From Lingula anatina (Eukaryota > Animalia > Brachiopoda): a DNA stretch of 64,000 nt. Below the pieces are notes generated by a model. That model did not search any database and was not told the DNA's origin. It saw nothing but the letters and a program-made list of their open reading frames with translations. The position numbers and the translations under genes were made by a program. Positions 63,849 through 64,000 of the stretch are shown in pieces. The stretch spans positions 26,226,001 to 26,290,000 of the forward strand of contig CM120642.1 of the NCBI GenBank assembly GCA_051362555.1. The letters run 5' to 3'. Positions within the stretch are counted from its first letter, which is position 1, and every line of letters starts with the position of its first letter.

Positions 63849-64000
63849 TTGATATACTACGGTACATATAGGAAAATCATATCGCATCGCAAACATTGCA
63901 AAAAATAAAAATAAATAAATAATAATATATAGGCCTATTCAGACCCACTAACCCAAGATAAGTTGAATCAATATTATCATTATTTACATCGGACAGCGAA

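Overview
AT-rich, intron-rich animal genomic DNA (invertebrate; probably lophotrochozoan such as a mollusc, which is an inference). It is not prokaryotic, so most ORF-track entries are noise or single-exon fragments. I assembled five spliced genes by hand, each with consistent intron phases. (1) A 17-exon minus-strand amino-acid transporter of the Aa_trans (SLC36/AVT3-like) family, ~501 aa. (2) Head-to-head with it, a 3-exon glyoxylate/hydroxypyruvate reductase (GRHPR, 365 aa) with a presequence-like N-terminus. (3) A CNBD2-like protein with two cyclic-nucleotide-binding domains, ~763 aa over at least 16 exons. (4) A 10-exon P2X ATP-gated channel (382 aa) with a 10.3-kb first intron, an F-to-C change next to the ATP pocket and a C-terminal CC. 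(5) A 7-exon IFI44-like GTPase (297 aa) lacking TLDc, with IRF-type motifs in intron 1. Non-coding highlights are a ~1.65-kb foldback element with ~740-bp inverted arms, each carrying an ETS-CRE motif and an ATG/splice donor; several MITE families (TTAA, 6-bp and 5-bp target-site duplications); a tiny P-like footprint; a Helentron-like element; two GC-AG introns; and an apparent CpG-depletion boundary near 21.7 kb. No wholly new multi-gene system is demonstrable from the sequence alone.
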